Shown here: piece by piece, positions 40,860 through 53,142 of the stretch | How positions within the stretch are numbered: position 1 is the first letter of the stretch | Layout: every line of letters begins with the position of its first letter | NCBI RefSeq assembly: GCF_009914755.1 | Contig: NC_060926.1 | Strand: one strand, 5' to 3' | DNA length: 64,000 nt | Source: the human T2T-CHM13v2.0 reference genome, Homo sapiens | Made by a program: the position numbers and the translations under genes | Notes under the pieces: generated by a model | Database searches by the model: none | The model's input: the letters and a program-made list of their open reading frames with translations, nothing else | What the model was told of the DNA's origin: nothing

Positions 40860-41782
40860 TGTTGTACGTTGGGTTTTCTAGAAAGTAGACAGTGGTGGTT
40901 AATTTTATGTGTCAACTTGACTGAGCTTAGTGATGCCAGACTGCTGGTCAAACATTCTTTCTGGGTGTGTCTGTGAGGGTGTTTCCAGTGGAGATTAGCA
41001 TTTGAATTGGTAGACTGAGTAAGGTAGGTCACCCCCACCAATTCAGGTAGGCATTATCCAATTTGTTGAGAACCTGAGTAGAACAAAAAGGTGGGAAATG
41101 GAGAAAATTCCCATTTCTGAGCTGGGATATTCATCTTTTCCTGCCCTCAGAGATTACTGCTCCTGGTTCTTCAGCCTTTGGACTCAGCCTGGGACTTCCA
41201 CTATTGGCTTTCCTCTTTCTCAGGCTTTTGGCTTTGGACTGGAACTCTACCACCAGATTTTCTGAGCTTCCAGTTTGCAGTTGGCAGACTGTGGGGCTTC
41301 TCAGCTTCCCCAGTTGTGTGAGCCAATCCTGTGTAATAAATCTCTTTCTGCATAACTACATATATCCTATCGATTTTGCTTTTCTAGAGAACCCTGACTA
41401 ATACACAGATCCTGAGGCAGACATGGGTGTTCAGGAGGTTTATTGAGGAATGTTCATTGGATTAATACCTCTGGAAGAAAAGGAAGTAGGATTAGAAAGA
41501 GAGAGAAGTTGTGTTACAAAACAGTCAAAACGGAAGCCTGAAAGTGGGATGGTGCATCAGAGTCAACTCAAGTTCTGGTCAGAGGGCTGGGCTTTTATAC
41601 CCCTAACTGGGTGTGGGATGATTTGGCAAGGAGGCATGACCTTGCATGACGCAATCAGCTGAGGCAATCCCTGAAAATGGCTGACAGCTGAGGACTGTCT
41701 CCCAGAAACACTCCCATCAGCTGGGGAAAGAAGTCTTTCACTCCTGATGGGGACCTAGGTGGCACAACACAGTTTCCACCAT
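40860..41782 (-). mobile_element. LTR16-like ERVL solo LTR, split by an MLT2
   Basis: gttgggttttctagaaagtagac | cctgaggcagac...gctgaggcaatccctgaaaatggctgacagctgaggactgtct...cagctgggga. Confidence 0.75.
40891..41405 (+). mobile_element. MLT2 (MLT2B-like) ERVL solo LTR
   Basis: gtggtggttaattttatgtgtcaacttgactgagc ... ctagagaaccctgactaataca. Degenerate TSD tagac/cagat. Confidence 0.92.
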
Positions 41783-42002
41783 GGGTGTCACATTTCTTCT
41801 AATGACAGAGGTTCAGTCAGACATCAGGTAAACAGCATGGTACAATCTCCTTGACTTTTGTGAGAAGGTCCTTGTATGGAATATTATTCAAGAATCTGCT
41901 CCCTACTGTCTAATAATTTGTCATTAATCATCTTAATACATTCCATGATGCTAAACAACTTTCAGGGAGTCTTTGGCAATTTTAATAATTTGTATCATAC
42001 CT

Positions 42003-42023
42003 GAGAGAGAGAGAGAGAGAGAG
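42003..42023. repeat. (GA)n microsatellite
   Basis: Directly visible. Confidence 0.9.
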
Positions 42024-44469
42024 ATCCACTGATTATTGCAAGCTTATGTAGAAATATATCGATTTTTCTACTGCAATCAAGCTTAGGTCCTGAAGCTTAG
42101 CATGTGCATGATTATATTGTGTTGGAGATAATGTTTTACAAGGGACTTACATGTTTTTCAAGGGTCAGGATTTTCTGGTTGTAATGCTTATTTCCTTGGA
42201 CTCCACTAAAAGAAAGCTTGTACAGTGTGAGATATATTTCCCTATATAATTTTATGAGTTCTTACTAAGTCAATGAAGTTACTCTTTCAGGAAATTTCTG
42301 AAGAAAATAATGGAAGAATAGCTTAGACATGTCACATCAGTCATACAGATATTAAATCTATAGCCTGGTGTGATATACAAGGTGAATTTGTTCACCTCAT
42401 GGACTCTGTACATTTGAGTCAAGGGGAAACATCTAAAGCTAGCACAGTCGAAAGCTTAGAACATGGCTTGTATTTAAACAAACAGAGGGTAATCTGGCCT
42501 GGCACAGTCTGGCCACTGCAGCAGTGTATCTGAAGGTTATGTTTTATGTTTATTAGCTCCATCCAGATGGCGTTTTATGTCCTTAATAACTTTGTCCCTG
42601 ACTAAGCCATGAACCTACCATTTGACAAACACAGTAGGAAATGTCCATCAGCAGAAAAGTCATTTTATAATCAGAAACATCACTTGAACCATTCGGACAA
42701 CATTTTGAAAGAGTTTGATTCCTTTATGTCAATGCCTACAGTGATTTGTTGACAAATACAAACAGCTTTTCCCAACTAAACCTAAATTCATTGAGCTCCT
42801 GGAATGCCTTTAAAAGGAATACATATTTATTCTAATATCTTACATGAGTAATAACGTTCATTGTAAGAGAGAAAATTGCTTTGATACACATTTATTCATC
42901 TTTATATGTCCATAAAAATTAATGTATAGCATGTACTAATACTCCAGTATTCCAAGCAGAGAAACTGAAGAACAGAAGGTCCAAAGTCATCAGGCGAACT
43001 TCCTATAATCCTGGTCTCTCCTGGCTCTCAGCTCAGAACTTTATGTCTAGATTAGTCTACACACTGTGTTTATTCTGTGTTTTGGAGAACTTCATAAGTG
43101 GAATTTTTTTGGTAATAGTCATTTATGCTCGTGACTACATTCTATTTCAAAATTTCAACCTCCTTGAGGGCAGCTATTATATTTTGTTTATTGTTGTCTT
43201 CTTCAGACTACCAGTTTTAGGCGGTTGATGTACATTTGTGGATTTTATTGAAATAAGTCACTGCTTTTCTGATTAAACTCTGGTCTTTAACTCCCTAGTA
43301 AAAAGTGAAGGTGCTATTTTTAACTATCAAAAAAAAAATTCTACATGATTGTTTTGCCCATTTCTCAGTGGGAGCAGAGATTCTTGTCTGGAATTCCTTT
43401 AGGAAGGAATCTAGACTAGAGAAGCAAAAAAAGTGTTATTAACATCTATTATAATAATTTAAAAAACATCTAAGTAATTGATAAATAATTGATCCCATTT
43501 AGTTTTTAATTTTAAATTTTATCTCCATCTCCTTCCTTCCTTCTTCTTTTTTTTTTTTTTTGATTTTTTGATACAAAAAACATTTACTAAAGCATCTACT
43601 ATGTACCAAGAGCCATGCTAGATCCTTTGCAGGTACATACTCATTTAAGAATATTATCAGTGTTCAAATTTTTTTAAAAGCATTTAGTTTTTTGTTTTTT
43701 GTTTTTTAAAAAAACACTTATTACAAATTATAAACACTTATGCCAGACACTATATTGCCCATTTTCCTGCACTGTGCCTCACCTCTTTATTTCGGCCTTA
43801 GAAATACTTTTTCCTGTATTCTTATCTTCCTCCAAATAGAATATGAAACTTAATTAAATACTATAATCACAAGTCATGGAGGCTAAACTTTTACTTATAT
43901 TAACACATGATTTTTAAAATTGTATTGTAATAATAAACACTGACTTTAAGTTTACTCCATAGTTGTTAGTATTTTATAACATTTTGCCTAGATCCTAAGG
44001 CACAGAATCAAAAATGGTTTTAAGGGGCAAATCATTCCCCTTAGAACAGAGTAGAAAATCACTCACACATTTGATCAGTCAGCACTAACCAGGATACCTT
44101 TTTAAAGGATTGAGGTTCAACTCTAGGGGAAAAAAATGACTGTAAGAGAGTTTAAAATCATGGTAATACAGTAAGGAGTAAGTTTAACATCTTCTTTATT
44201 AAAGATTATCAGAGAAGAAATAAGACTGTATCTTCCTTGCAACATTTTACAATCTTACTGCCAAAGACTATTTGCTATTATAGCCTCATATATGACATTA
44301 CAATTGGATAATGTTTAAGAACTTATGGATAGTTGCTGTTTAACGAAATTTGAAAAGCTAAATAACTTAAAAATATTTGGTGAGAGTGTTTTTAAATAAA
44401 TACTGTTTTTCTTTCTTTTAGTTAACAACATAGTTTCTTCATCAAGATGGTAGAATCAAAAGAACAACT

Positions 44470-44700
44470 TGATTTACTCATTAAAAACCAGGAAGGCAAC
44501 ATTACAGAGGCCAAATTTGATTTCACATATACCTCCTGGCTTTAGACAAATTACTTAACCTCTCTGTGCCCCAGCCTCCATATTGATATCATAAGAATAA
44601 AAATATCTATAGATCATAAGGTATGGCAAATATTAAAGGAGTTAAGATCTGTTCATCACCTGTTCAATGTATGGCACAGAATGAAAACATAACTGTTAAT
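44470..44700 (+). mobile_element. MIR SINE
   Basis: Core ttagacaaattacttaacctctctgtgccccag. Confidence 0.75.
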
Positions 44701-46809
44701 GTCTTTATTTTCCTTTGTAAAGAAAGTGGCCTTTCTTCACATGATAAAACCCCTAATCAAACCGTGGGAATGACAAAGTTTGGATTTACCAGGCTATACC
44801 AACTAAAAAATTACATTTGAAGAGTGATACACAAAACATATCACAGACTGTAAGGAGGAGACAGCAAATAAATTGCTGAACCTCATTTGTAAAGAAATGA
44901 GACTTGTATTAACAATAAGAAACATTCAAGGAAACTGTAATCATTCTAAGCTTATAGGAACCACAGTGGCCACACAGACCTGTTGAAAACAGGGCCCCTG
45001 TCTCATATGCTGATTTTCAACCAAATTATTTTTCAATTTTGTTTGTGTTAGAGGGAACATTAAAGACAAATAAACAGGAATGGATGGAATGTGAGCTGAA
45101 TACAAAGGAGCTGCAGAAAATATTTGTTAAATTGGATACTGGAGACTCTAAGGGGAGGAAGCAACTTGAGGGCAGGCAAAGACCTTCTGCCTACTCTGGA
45201 GAATTTTTTTTTTCTGCCTGAGGAATATGGAAAGATTTGGATCCTCAAAGCCCACCATACCCTCGTCCACATCATGAATAACCATAAAATGGTAGCTTAT
45301 ATAATATTCAACTTCTTGTAAAGAAGTATTTAAATCATGAACTCCATAGGCCTTAGCTTGGAATCTTGCTTGTTTTCTGAATGACAGTTTGGGAGATAGA
45401 TGCAGTTCTTAGAAAGACAGCTGTCTTTATTAAAAAATAATAATAACAAAAGTAAAATTATTCATTCTTCTCCCTCAAAGAAACTGCTGTGAGTCCTAAC
45501 TCAAGAAAGAAGTAAATGGATTTTAAAAATATGTTAGTAATTAGGTATTAGGGTAGTAATTAGGTATTAAGGTTCAAATCTATTATTTTTTACACAATGT
45601 GTTTGCACATTACAAAGTATCACTATAAAGAGGTAGCAGAACAACCAAATTATATCTAAGACATTTGAGGCAATGGAATAGAAGGATTTCTCCTTCCCCA
45701 TCCACATAGACCAAAATAGGATAGAAATAGTGAAAAGTTGTCTGTGTTTTGCAACGCACATGCCACCCCCAAAGTCCTTCCAGAAGATAAAGCTTTGATG
45801 AACTTTGAAAATACTTTGTTCCATGAGAAATGAAGAAGTAGCACTTTGCTTCTGACCTCTAAGTGTCCTTTGTTGAAAGGGTTAGGAAAAGAAAGGCTTA
45901 AGTTTAATCTCTTGATGAAATAAAGTCTATTCATTTTCAATTTGTGGTTTTAAATATGGAATGATCTAACATGTCATTATTGCCTTGTTATTTAGAAATG
46001 CTGTGTTAGCCACTTTCTTTTTATTTTATTATAATACAGCTATTAGAAAGCTGTTTCTCCCCAGGAACCAATTCTTGGTAGGTTTCCTCTCCCCAGTCAC
46101 CACTGGTTCCCAGCAATTTTATTTTTCAGATAAAATGAAGACCAATGTGGTTTTATTCTGTGCCATTTCAGTACATTGCATTAAAAAAATAATTGATCAT
46201 ATCTTTGTAATATATTTTTCTGTTAAAACAGGATATGTATAGTCATTGCTCAGATGCTCATTGAATTATAGCTTATCTGGGTTTTATTTTGGATTTATTT
46301 TAAATACAAAGATTATGAAGAAAAGCTGGTTAAAGCATTGCCAAGTGAACTAAACTTAGTGTGCCTGGTATCTGGCTAAATATATGTTTTTTTTTTTTTT
46401 TTTTTTCTTTAAGTAAGAAGAGGAAACTACTATTAAAAGTGCAATTATCTTTCACAATACTGCATTCTTGAAGGCTGCTATACAATAATGTTGTAACAGC
46501 ACTTGCAGACTTTCTACTTATAATGAACACAAATATACAAGAAAACATTCTTGTGCAAAAACATTCTTATGCTTTCTTGAAAATACTCTCTTTGTTCGTA
46601 CTAAAACACAAAGTATAATTCTGCATGGGATATTCAATAACTTCTGATAAAAACACCCCACTGGGTATACGATGCATACAGTTTGAGGCTTTCAAGTTAA
46701 GTATTTAAATTGAAATATTGCTGTTAATAATTTATTGAGTTCTTGAACACAGCTTAAGTGCTTTTGATTTTAAGGAAAAACTGTGAACATGAAATCAATA
46801 GGTTTAAGA

Positions 46810-46985
46810 GTTATATATACTATTATTTCATAATTATATATATTTTATTTATATAATATATGTATATATAGCATAAAATAAAATATATTAGTATAAAGCA
46901 TATAGTATAATGAATAATATATAAAGAAATATATAATATATGCTATGTGTACTATTTAGTATATTTTTAAGTATAATTTATCATC
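46810..46985. repeat. AT-rich low-complexity tract
   Basis: Nearly all A/T, with degenerate TA repeats. Confidence 0.8.
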
Positions 46986-49899
46986 TAATATCATGTAAAT
47001 CATATTACATTTGGATTATTTAGAACATGTGTTAATAACACTCAAACATGACAATAGCCTATCATTGTAGTAATTATATCTAAAGTTACCATGCACTGCT
47101 TAATTCTCAAGTGGAAAATGCTGTTTAAATAACATTCTTCATTAAATAAGAAAAGTACACCAACTGATTTTAGGAGCCCTTAGCATTTTGGAGTGCCAGG
47201 AGCTCTTGGCTCTGTGAGAAACATCTACAATGACAGAAAGGAAATAACCCTGAATGATATTTACCCTTTTGTGTTTTATGTACAGAGTAAATGGCCTAAA
47301 ATTACTGAACTTTTCAGGATCATTTTTTCATTTTGCTGTGGGTTAGGAATGTATGAGATCCAAAGTCAGATTCTCTCCCTGTGAATATTTCTCTTCACTT
47401 TCAGAAATAATAGAATTTAAAGGTGATAAAAATACTGGCATTTGGAGTATCTGCCATTTAATGCTGAAACAACACTTTGACTCCATTTTGATGTTATTGT
47501 TTCCTGGGAATGCAGAATTTATCCCATACCAGGATGCGTCATACCACAAACTCGAAGAGAACTGGGTATGAGTTAGCTACACAATTTCACTGTACCCAAG
47601 CCTTTTTGTTCTGATTTATAGAATAGCTGACATGAGTTGAAAAACATACACCTTCATGAGTTGATCAGTACAGCATACCCAAAAAATGGTTTGTGACATA
47701 AAGTAACCAGAAAGTTCATCTGCATCTCAGCCCTGCAGAGCTTGCGATGTGGCATGTCACAGAGTTGCTTTCAGCTGATGCGATTGCTCGCTCCACATGC
47801 TGCCATTTACAGTACACGGTATACAGTAAATCTATTTTTTGTCAAGATGGGCTGGGTTTTCACAGCTCTGCACATGACATCCAGTCACTCTTCTTGGCTC
47901 TTAATGCTTAACATGGTGTAGTCTTGATTTTTGGCTGATTGCCTCCAATATGTTCAATTTTGGATGGTTTTTAAAGTAGGTTTGTGAAATGATGCCCTAG
48001 AAATGTGAAAAATGTATAGGTTTCCTTAAAGGGCTTGCAAGAATCATTCTGCTTGCATGGGCGTCATGTTGAAACTATAATATTATCTCAAGCATTTGTG
48101 ACGTGACCTCAGTGGGCACTGGGAACATTCAGAAGGTAGATAAAAGGACACTGAAGGAAGCATTAGTGGTTGTCTCTGGGGGGGTGGAATTAGGGGCTAA
48201 AGTGGACAGATAGTTATTTTCATTATGCAGTTCATTTGTTGGCACACTGGTTTTTGTTTGTTTGTTTACCTGGTACATGTCTCATTTTTACAATTAAAAA
48301 GTTTAATTAAGCAAAAGTAATGTTTCCAATACAATTGTCATTTAAAAAATTGCCTCCTGTCTATCACTCACATTTTCATAACACTATTAAGTTTTATGAA
48401 CACAAACTCTAGCCTATTACAATGTGTTCTTCCTGAGTCTTAACTTGACCAATCTCATTTCTAAACCTTTATATGCCTGGACACTGTATTTTTCATTCCC
48501 ACTTTTCATGCCCATGGCCTCCTTCAACCACAGGATTATTCCTTTTTCTATGTGAAATTTTTTATCTGTGTGTTATTGATGCAACTTTAGGTTATCTGAA
48601 TTGACCAGGATAAAGTTCCAGGAGGCACCCCCAACTGAATGCCTCACAGAACTGAACAGTTTAGGTCAATTGGTTATGAATCATCAGTAGTCATGCTACC
48701 ATGACATTAAAATAAAGTAACTAATATTTAAGTCAAAGATGAAGTATGAGGAAGAAGCCAGATTTATAACAAGTTTGATGTTTTCATTTTTTCTTTATAT
48801 TTGAAACTATCACATGTAAAAATGGAAAGACACCAGAGAATAGGCATGTAGGAAATTCAACATTTAGCATTGGGTTTGTTTTCTACTTAGTTTTAACATT
48901 TTTGTCTAATTTGTATTTGAATATTTGGGAGGGAATTTTGTGTACAAATTTAGTTTCTTTTTTCTTTTCCCTGAATTAGAGGACATTAACAGAAGATAGA
49001 GGTATAGATGCAAGTAATGAGAGGATGACACTGGTCATGTGGCAGAAGTTATACAAACTAGGTACTCCAAATTAACACATTGTAATGGGTCTAAAGAAAA
49101 CAAATCCTTTAATTAAAAAAAATAGTGGCAAATGATATTGCAATTTTTAGGGAGTTATATGCCTTGCCTGTTGATAAGGGAAAGTAAAACAGAAGCCGAG
49201 TGGGAAGGGAACTCTAAGAGACCTTGAAGGTTCCAGCTCTACCCTTAACTTCCCAGGGCATTTCTCTAATCTCTCAGACTAAATGATCTCTAATGTCCTT
49301 TCTAACTCTAAATTTTATATGAAAATCAGTTTTATATTTGAGGGCTTCCCAGACAGTGTCTAAACAAAGTACCTGACAGCGGCACTTAATAAATGTGCAT
49401 TAGACGAGTAAACAAGAACAAGGTAACAAGAGGATGAGCATTGACTGCAAGCGTTCAACTTTAAATAATAGATCCACAAGGTTATAAAAACCCCACTGAG
49501 CAGATTAAACACAATCCCTCTATGCCAAGCTCTCAGGCACAACTACATTGGCAACACACAAACCCACAAACCCACACTTTTTGTGGCGATTCATCAGGGG
49601 CATTACCCTCTACAAAAATACATGGAGAGAGTCACAGGCAGAAGTACAAGCTGACTTGGAGATTTCATTAAAATCTGTGAAACTCATGAAACTCTTTAGA
49701 CCAATACATTTGTCAATCACCCAGTAATTGAGAAGTAGGAACTGTGGTTGTGGAGTTATTATATATGCAGCCATTCAATTAGCTGAGTTTCCCAAGTCTA
49801 AGAAAAACCGAGAATAAGACAAACTAAAAAGCTCCTTCTTGGATCATCTGGATAATTAATCTAGACTTCTAATTTGCAGAGCTATTCTAGTCATTACAG

Positions 49900-50110
49900 C
49901 AATAAACATTTTATCTGTGTTTACCAAATATGTGCCAGGCACCATGTTAAATATTCTACATACATTTTTACCTAGATGGTTTCAGTCCATTTTACGGATG
50001 AATAAACAGAGGCTTCACATTTACTCATTCACTAGAACTTTATTGAATAACTACTATATGCAAGACCTGTGCTGAACACTAAATTCATGGCTACGAATTA
50101 AATAGGCGCA
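49900..50110 (-). mobile_element. MIR and L2 3' fragments
   Basis: atgtgccaggcaccatg...ccattttacggatgaataaacagaggct, then actcattcact...ttattgaataactactatatgcaag. Confidence 0.65.
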
Positions 50111-50267
50111 GAGAGATCTTGGTTAGGACAGCCTTGCTCAATCCTTCCTGAGTCAAGTCATGAGGCAGATAAATCAGTGCAGAGAGGCCTGGATTGCTCA
50201 GCATTGTAGCACACCCCCACACACATAAAGGCCAATGGTTGTTAGTTGACTTGAAAATAATGTAACA

Positions 50268-50580
50268 CGCCAGGCGCAGTGGCTCACGCCTGTAATCCCA
50301 GCACTTTGGGAGGCCGAGGCAGGCGGATCACGAGGTCAGGAGATCGAGACCATCCTGGCTAAGACGGTGAAACCCCGTCTCTACTGAAAATACAAAAAAA
50401 TTAGCCGGGCGTGGTGGCGGGCGCCTGCAGTACCAGCTACTCAGGAGGCTGAAGCAGGAGAATGCCGTGAACCCAGGAGGCGGAGCTTGCAGTGAGCCGA
50501 GATAGCGCCACTGCGCTCCAGCCTGGGTGACAGAGCGAGACTCCGTCTCAAAAATAAATAAATAAATAAATAAAAATAAT
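50268..50580 (+). mobile_element. AluY, full length, with (AAAT)n tail
   Basis: Y-type sites present. TSD aataat(g/a)taacac at 50256-50268 and 50581-50593. Confidence 0.95.
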
Positions 50581-51004
50581 AATAATATAACACATAGTGA
50601 ATCATACCGGAAATACAAAGTTTAGTTTCAAACATATAAGGTTGGAGGCAAACACACGAGACAATTTTGACAGTGTTTCAGGATGATGTGACAGGGAACA
50701 CAGGAGTTTGATTAATGTCTATACAAAGTGGCAGCATCTATCTCATTTAGCTTAATTATCACAGCCAACAGGATATGTCTCAGGGAGAAACTAAGATTCG
50801 AGAATCATACTCACTCAACTCATGTTCTCAGCTGTCCTTGTGTCTTTCAAGCTTGCTGCTGTGAAGTGTAATTTTCACCAAGTCTGTGTGTCTGACTCTT
50901 CCTTCTCAATTCTCAAATCCAGTTGCCTGTTGACTAATTCAATGCCTAATCTCAGGGAGCTTACAGTCTTGTTGAAGAAATCGTTTTTAAAAGGTGACCA
51001 ATAT

Positions 51005-51212
51005 TGAAATCTTAGAAAAGACAAAACTAGAGTGATAGAAAGCAGAGGAAGGGAATTGACTGTAGATGGGTACCAGGAAACTATGTGGATGATAGAAATG
51101 TTACACATACTTATGCTGTGGGGGTCATGAGACTAAACACATTTGTCAAAAGTTATAAAAATGTACGCTTAAAATTATTGAATTTTATATATAATATATC
51201 TCAATAAAGCTG
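51005..51212 (+). mobile_element. Old L1M 3'UTR end
   Basis: gggaattgactg...ggatgatagaaatgtt...catttgtcaaaa...tatctcaataaagctg. Confidence 0.75.
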
Positions 51213-51279
51213 CCAGAATGTTGCCATAAACTTTGTAATTTTAATACTATTTTAAATTTAAAAAAGACATTTCTAATTG

Positions 51280-51480
51280 TCTATATATAGACAGTGTATA
51301 TATATTATATATACAGATACATATATGTAATTTTAAACAAATATAGCAGAAAAAATGTGTATATATATATGCATGTACATTTTAAGACATTTCTAATTGT
51401 TAAAAATTATATATGTGCTTATGCATATATGTGCATATGCATATATGAACATATATGTATTATGTATACATATGTGTACC
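51280..51480. repeat. Degenerate (TA)/(CATATG) low-complexity repeat
   Basis: Directly visible. Confidence 0.8.
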
Positions 51481-52961
51481 ACATTTTGAAAAGGTAAAAT
51501 GTAAAACTAAATTTAAGAGGCTTTGAAGTAAGGTCCTCCATCATATTTAATGTAAGCAGTAAATGTAACATAATCAAAAGAAAAGAATCAAAAGTTACTA
51601 ACACTGAGGTGAGCACTGAGCACTAAAACAGTTTAAAATGGGTTTTTCAGACTGATTTATAAAACTGGTAAGGGTCAGCTGACATAGTATATTACTTATT
51701 AAAATATTTGCACAAAGTTAATTAAGAAAAAAGCAAATGAACAAATGAGATCATAATTATAAATTCTGATAAATGCTTTGAAAGGGAAAGACCAGAGTTC
51801 AATGAGAGAGTTTGGCAAATTGTATTTTCTTAAATAAGGAAGTATTTTTATTATTAATGTTAATTTACTTAGTAAAAAATAATATTGAAAAGGAAAAAAC
51901 AACATTAGAAGGCAAGAATTTAGAAGTAATCAGCATAGTTTACCTAGGGAAACTTTAAGAGCCTTGGGCGTTCTAAACTTGCTTAGAGTTTATTTCCCAT
52001 AAAGATCCTGAGCTCGGAATTTTTTTCCTAAACTAGCTTTCTTATTTTCTAGATGCCTTTAACTGGTATCACCACACTACCAACAAATGAGTGCTAATGC
52101 TGATATTGATATATCATGAATGTTTCTCACTAGTATCTTTGTTTCTTTTTATTAAAGCAATCACATAAAGTATTAAATGTATTTTAAAAGAGTTTCCATG
52201 TTTTGTGTAATGTGCTAATAACTATCGCACATTTGCCTGAACAAATGGTAATGACATGAAGACTCTGGCTTCATTAGACAGTGACTATTATTGCAGAGGG
52301 ACGCAAATGCCAATGTCTCATGAAAAGGTTACGATGTACTATGAAACAGAACAAGGTAATACTGTGTGATTTTACACAGAGAAACATAATAGGGTGAAAA
52401 CATTGACATGTTCAGTTAAAAATAATCCTTCAAAAGGCCAAAGTTAACAGTTAAAACCATTTTTTTATCTAGAAATTGGCAAAAGATTTATCTAAAATGT
52501 TTATATTTTTGCCACCCCATAAATCAAAATTAGTTTTCCATTAAAAAAATTGGATCAGAGATGATAATATTCTTGCCAATTTTGTAGCTAAATGCAAATG
52601 GAAACATCTGAGATTTTAAACTGAAAACTGAAGTTTATAGATATATAGTAAAACTACTGCCTGTGAGTGTTACATTGTGAGATCTGAATAGCATATGAGG
52701 TTATGAATTAACAGTAATCTGAGATACATAAAGCCTTTAGTTTCCTTTTATTAAACCTATAAACACAAAGCAAAAGCCTAGCTTTATTATTAATGTGTCT
52801 GCTCTATTATTTCTACCTTTTAATGTTGATGGAACGATAATGTAACTTATATTTATTCTTCAAATCTCAATCAAAACTTTTTCAGGATCTCCAGACAAGC
52901 CCAGGTTCTTATGATCTGCCCTCACGGCACCATGTTATCTTCCCTTTGTAAATTGGAATCT

Positions 52962-53142
52962 ATTTTTAACTTGAAAATAATTAACGGGCAAACAAAGACT
53001 GAATATATTCAAGGTATACAACATGGCTTAATACATGCATACATTGTGTAATAATGACAATCAAAATGAATTCACACATCCCTCACCACACATGCTATAC
53101 ATTAGATACTAGAACTTGCTCATCTTACAACTGAAAGTCTGA
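52962..53142 (-). mobile_element. L1MA/MB-type 3' end inserted into an L2 remnant (about 52860-53315)
   Basis: atatattcaaggtatacaacatg...catgctatacattagatactagaacttgctcatcttacaactgaaagt. Confidence 0.75.
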
